Shown one piece after another: positions 59,524 to 64,000 of a stretch of DNA of 64,000 bases (positions are counted from its first letter, which is position 1; the number at the start of each line of letters is the position of its first letter). Below the pieces are notes generated by a model that did not search any database, was not told where the DNA came from, and worked only from the letters and a program-made list of their open reading frames with translations. The position numbers and the translations under genes were made by a program. Origin of the DNA: Azolla caroliniana. Its lineage: Eukaryota; Plantae; Polypodiophyta. Where the stretch lies: NCBI GenBank assembly GCA_043228905.1, contig JBHGNT010000005.1, forward strand, positions 12,958,001 through 13,022,000, given 5' to 3'.

Positions 59524-62520
59524 CTTAATACAAGTGGGTCCCTTTAATTAATCCGCAGATTCTTCGGTCGTGTCGTTTACGGTGTGGAACAGGTTTGGTG
59601 GCACCGGTCCCAGGTAGAGTTTTAGTCGAAACCCATTCACCTTTTGTCATAGCACTTCTCCGGCTAGGGTGCCTAATTAAAACGTGCCATTTTTTGCGCC
59701 AGCTATCCAATACGGCCCCGTCCAGCGGAATCTTAATTTACCTGGCATTTGCCCCATCCGTGTTTGAAAGACCAAGACCGCTTTGCTGACCGCAAAATCT
59801 TTTTCATGCACATTTCGATGCCGGTCCACGAATGCTTTACGCCGACGCTACTATTGTTCCAGTATGGCCATGCTTCGTAATCGTGTCTCGCCTAGTTCGA
59901 GCAACTGTTGTAGCCGTATTTGTTCGGACTTGTCTTGTAATAGCCGGTCTCGTACCTGAATCCGCAAACTGAGCACCTGAAATTTGACCGGCATTACGGC
60001 CTCCAGCCCAAATGCTAGCCGGAAAGGCGTGGATTGTATGCTAGTCTTATAGCTGGTTCGGTACGCCCATAACGCTTTGTGTAATTTGGTATCCCAATCT
60101 GTTATGTTCTCATTGACGATCTTTTTTAGTATGGTCGATAACGTTTTGTTCGTGGATTCCGCTCAACCATTCACCTGTGGATAATACGGTGTGCTCTTCT
60201 TGTGGACAACGGCATAGTGTTGTGTCAGCTCCCGAATGACCGAATTTAGAAAGTGGCTTCCTTGGTCTTTGATGAGCTCGATATGGCAGCCAAAACGACA
60301 CTAGATGTTTTCGTAAAAAAAATTCGTCGTCATTGCCACGGTATTTTCTCGTAGTGCTTTCGCTTCCACCCACTTGGTGCAATAATCAGTAGCCACCAAT
60401 ATATATTTATTGCCAGTCTGTGTTGCCGCTGGTGTAAATGGCCCCACAAAATCGAGTCCCAATTTCTGGAATGGATCCAACGGCAACACTGGTTGATGTG
60501 GCATCCTTGCGACCTTCGTGGGCTGGCCCATCCGTTGACATAGATCGCATTGTTTGCAATATTCATATGCATCATTTTGCGTAGTCGGCCACCATAGGAC
60601 GGCTTGCCAAACATTACAAGCTGTAACATCGCCCGCGGAGTGTCTCTTGCCGTACCACAGTGAGCTTCATGTAAAACCGCTTCCTTCTCATCCTGGAGTA
60701 TTCCGCGTCGCCAAATTCCGTCGCTGCCTTTGTGATACAGGACCCCTTCGACCAAACAGAAGTTATGACTTCGGACAACCAATTGTTTCTTCTCGTCCGT
60801 CCTTAATTGTGGTGGTGGTAATCCTGTGGTTAGAAAGAATGTCATCTCCATCAACCAATGATCTGGAAAAGTTTTTTTCGTACGTGTCGCTATAGATGCA
60901 ATCCACAGGATGTCCACATCAGGAAAGTCGTCATCCTTTTGTATCATTTCTCCATTATCTATCCGACTTAAGAAATCTGCTATAGCGTGCTGCGTAACAA
61001 GTCGATGTTGTATAACAAAGTCGAACTCTTGAAGCAACAACATCCATCTAGCCAATTTTCATGTCAATGCCTATTTCCTCACTAGGGATAGCAACGTCGT
61101 ATGGTCCACGTGAAACATAAATCTCCGCCCCAACAGATAATGTTGGAATTTATTGATGTTGTATATCATACCCAACGCTTCTCGTTCCATTGTGGAGTAG
61201 TTACGCTCAGCCTTTGATAGCTTCCTACTGGCGTAGTACACTGGTCTATACCAATTTGGCTCCGTGAGCTGCATCAACGCACTACCTATTGCTATGTATG
61301 AGGCGTCTACAAAAACGTGAAATGGTTTCCCCCAATCTGGTGGTTGTACGATTAGTGCTTGAGTCAGCATTACTTTAAGCGTTTCTTATGCTTTTTCTTC
61401 ATTAGCCGTCCATTTGGAAGGTGTACGGTGGATGGCAGCATGTAAAGGTGTGGCGAAATCCACCAAATATCGTAACATACGACTATGCTAACGTATTTGT
61501 CCCAGAAAACGGCAGAGTGCTTTGGCAATTGTTGGCGTTTTTGCTTGAATGATCGCGGAAATTTTATTAGGATCCACCGCTATCTTCTCCTTGCTGACGA
61601 TGTGGCCGAGGAGGGCTCCGCTTGTGACGCCGAACGCGCATTTGACTGGATTCAGGCTAAAGCGTGCAGCCCGACAACGCTCTAGACACAATCGTAACTG
61701 ACTCAGATGGTCGGATGTTGTCCCATACACCGCGAAATTGTCCAAAAAGACTTCCATGAAGGCGGGTATGTATTCCCTAAAAATTTCCGTAATTGTCCAT
61801 TGGAATGTAGCAGGCGCCGTCTTTAACCCGAACATCATGACTACCACGACATAAACTCCCTAGTCGGTGACAAACGTCGTCTTCTCTTGGTCGTTAAGAT
61901 GCATGCGTACTTGATTGTAGCCACTAAAGCCGTCTAGGAAACTATACATGTCATGCCCTGTGACTGCGTCTAGTACATTGTCGGTGAAAGGTAAAGGAAA
62001 CGCATATGTAATAGTTACAACGTTTAATTTCCGATAGTCTACGCAAACACGAATTTTTCCATTTTTCTTTGGAACTACGATTATCGGGCTCAACCACGTA
62101 GCTTCCTTGACTGGTCGAATGAATCTGGCCTTCAGAACTTTGTCAATTTCTTCTTTTATGCGAGCCACATAATTTGGATTCATTCGGTATCGACGTTACT
62201 AAACAGGTTTCACGTCGGTAGGTAAATTGATCTTATGCTGATAGAATTTTGTATCCAATCCCTTCATGTCTTCGTGAGACCATGCGAACACATCTTTATA
62301 TTCCTTGAGCTGAGCTAACATCACCTCTTTCTGATCCAGTAGTAAGTCTTTTGCGATGGAGAGTAATCGGGGATCCATTGTCATTCCTACGTTAACTTCT
62401 TCCAACGCTGAGGCAATGACTCGTCGTGAAATTTCCATTTCTTTCTCGAACGCGGCCCGTGCTTGGTTTAATTCCATTATCGACTCTGGGTCCGGTTCAT
62501 AAGCCTCTGTCGAATACATG
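59524..62520 (-). mobile_element. gypsy pol remnant, copy 2, interrupted at 62521 by a copia insertion
   Basis: RT, RH and INT motifs as in copy 1; extends 56 bp beyond the copy 1 end. Confidence 0.92.
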
Positions 62521-64000
62521 TGTATAATGGACGTATTCACACTATCCCGTTTTGGCCATTTATGTAATTAGCATAAAGGGTAGTTGCCCTAAGTCGGTCA
62601 CTATATATAGTGACCTTGTAACCTTTTTGTAAGGTTGGGTGTTGTATTATTGCTTTATGGAATAAGAAGTCTTTTGTGTCTCTCTCTCTCTCTCTCTCTC
62701 TGTGCAACGACCTACAATCTGTCATACGCAGGTGCAGAAAAGAATCCATTGCTTCTTGATCTTCCGCATCGACACGGCCTTGTCTCCAACATCTGGTATC
62801 AGAGCCTGCACAGTAGTCGGTCCTTCAATCCGCTGTCGGCCGTCGTCTCAGCATTCGGTTTCCTGCGTCATTCGAAGAAGAGAGAAGAAGAAGAAAAAAA
62901 CGAGGCTTGCATCTCCTCGCGTTAGATCCTCTTCGCTTAGAGTAAGCCAGCCGGTTGTACTCCGTTCCTTGTGATCGCAACGCTCGAGGTGAAATCCCCT
63001 TGTGCAACATTGACACGATCGCGCTCCACTCGGTTAAACGGCATCCGAAAAGGTCATTAAACGCTGCTCGCCGCTCGTTGTAACCACTCGGTGCAGATCG
63101 GTCTCAAGACAACAACCCCAATTCGCGCTTCATCCGGCTGATCGACATTCGGGAGGATCAGTTGGATCTGTCTCTCTCGTCGCTGCAGCCACCCGAAGCA
63201 GAATCGGTCCAGATAATCGGTTTCAATAATCGGTATTCGGCATATATATCCGAAGCGAACCGGGCTCAGTCCGACTCGGCAACATTCGGGAAGACCAGTC
63301 GGTTCTGTCCCTCAAGTTACCGGAGTCAATTCGAGCAAGTTCCGAAGCCGAACCGACTCGGGTTCAAATCCGACTAGAACGATATCGGGTGAGCCAACCG
63401 GCTGCACTCCAACAAGGTTCGTAGTCAACTCCGAACCGAGCTTCGTCAACCGAAACCGAATTTGATGGCATCAACATCCGGCTCGTCAGAAATGAGTCTA
63501 CGAAAGTTCGATGGATCGAACTTCAACTTCTGGAAGGAGCAAATGCAGGACTATCTCATAGTCAAGGGGCAAATCGATCCCATCGAAAATGAAGAACCTC
63601 CAGAAGGATACAAACCAATTGAGTGGCAGAAGCTGGACAGAATCGTCCGCGCCACGATTCGGATGCACCTATCGGAATCGGTATACTTTACGGTGCAATC
63701 GTGTACGACAGCATTCGAACTGTGGAAAACACTGTCGGACACTTACGAAAAGAAGGTCGCCGCAACGAAGATGTTTCTGATCCGGCGCCTCTACAACTTG
63801 CGGATGAAAGAATCCGATTCGGTTCAAGCACACCTCAATGAGTACGAAAGCATAAGCTCCCAAATCTCGTCACAGGGGACGGCAATCGAGGATGAACTCA
63901 GAGCAATGATACTCATGAGCAGCCTTCCCTCATCATGGGAAACTTTCGTCACAACCGTGTGCAACGCGTCAACCACGGCTGTTAAATACTCCGAAGTCAC
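62521..64000 (+). mobile_element. Tnt1/Tork-like copia element 5' end (LTR about 62521-62791, PBS 62794-62806)
   Basis: TGTA...CCAACA, then TC and TGGTATCAGAGCC; LTR start could be 62519. Confidence 0.88.
63465..64000 (+). CDS. copia Gag N-terminus (open to window end)
   Basis: KFDGSNFNFWKEQMQDYL...WQKLDR...TAFELWKTL...LYNLRM...SLPSSWETF. Confidence 0.9.
   Translation, partial: MASTSGSSEMSLRKFDGSNFNFWKEQMQDYLIVKGQIDPIENEEPPEGYKPIEWQKLDRIVRATIRMHLSESVYFTVQSCTTAFELWKTLSDTYEKKVAATKMFLIRRLYNLRMKESDSVQAHLNEYESISSQISSQGTAIEDELRAMILMSSLPSSWETFVTTVCNASTTAVKYSEV

Overview
Repeat-rich plant nuclear DNA, most likely from a fern. It contains no ordinary host gene. About 1-32.9 kb is a decayed, scrambled nuclear insertion of plastid DNA (NUPT) made of fragments of rpl23, rpl2, rpoB, rpoC1, ndhB, psaB, ycf2, ndhH/J/K, trnL, matK, rps14, trnfM, rps8, atpA, trnR, trnG, rpoC2, rps2 and petA in both orientations. 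The NUPT was later invaded by a complete Ty1/copia element with 98-bp LTRs, a solo LTR, and a nested set of DNA transposons in the trnG intron. The outer element has CCCGGGG ends, an 8-bp TSD and a P-element-like transposase remnant. It contains a hAT-type MITE, which contains a structurally intact hAT element carrying an intronless copy of the cytosolic ribosomal protein gene RPS7 (eS7). Degenerate Ty3/gypsy fragments follow, and a Tnt1-like copia 5' end closes the window. Positions 14162-38251 are repeated almost exactly at 38352-62464 across a 100-N gap, probably a false (haplotype overlap) duplication. Copy 1 also contains the library adapter AAGCAGTGGTATCAACGCAGAG. All gene and family calls come from motif recognition by eye; no searches were run.
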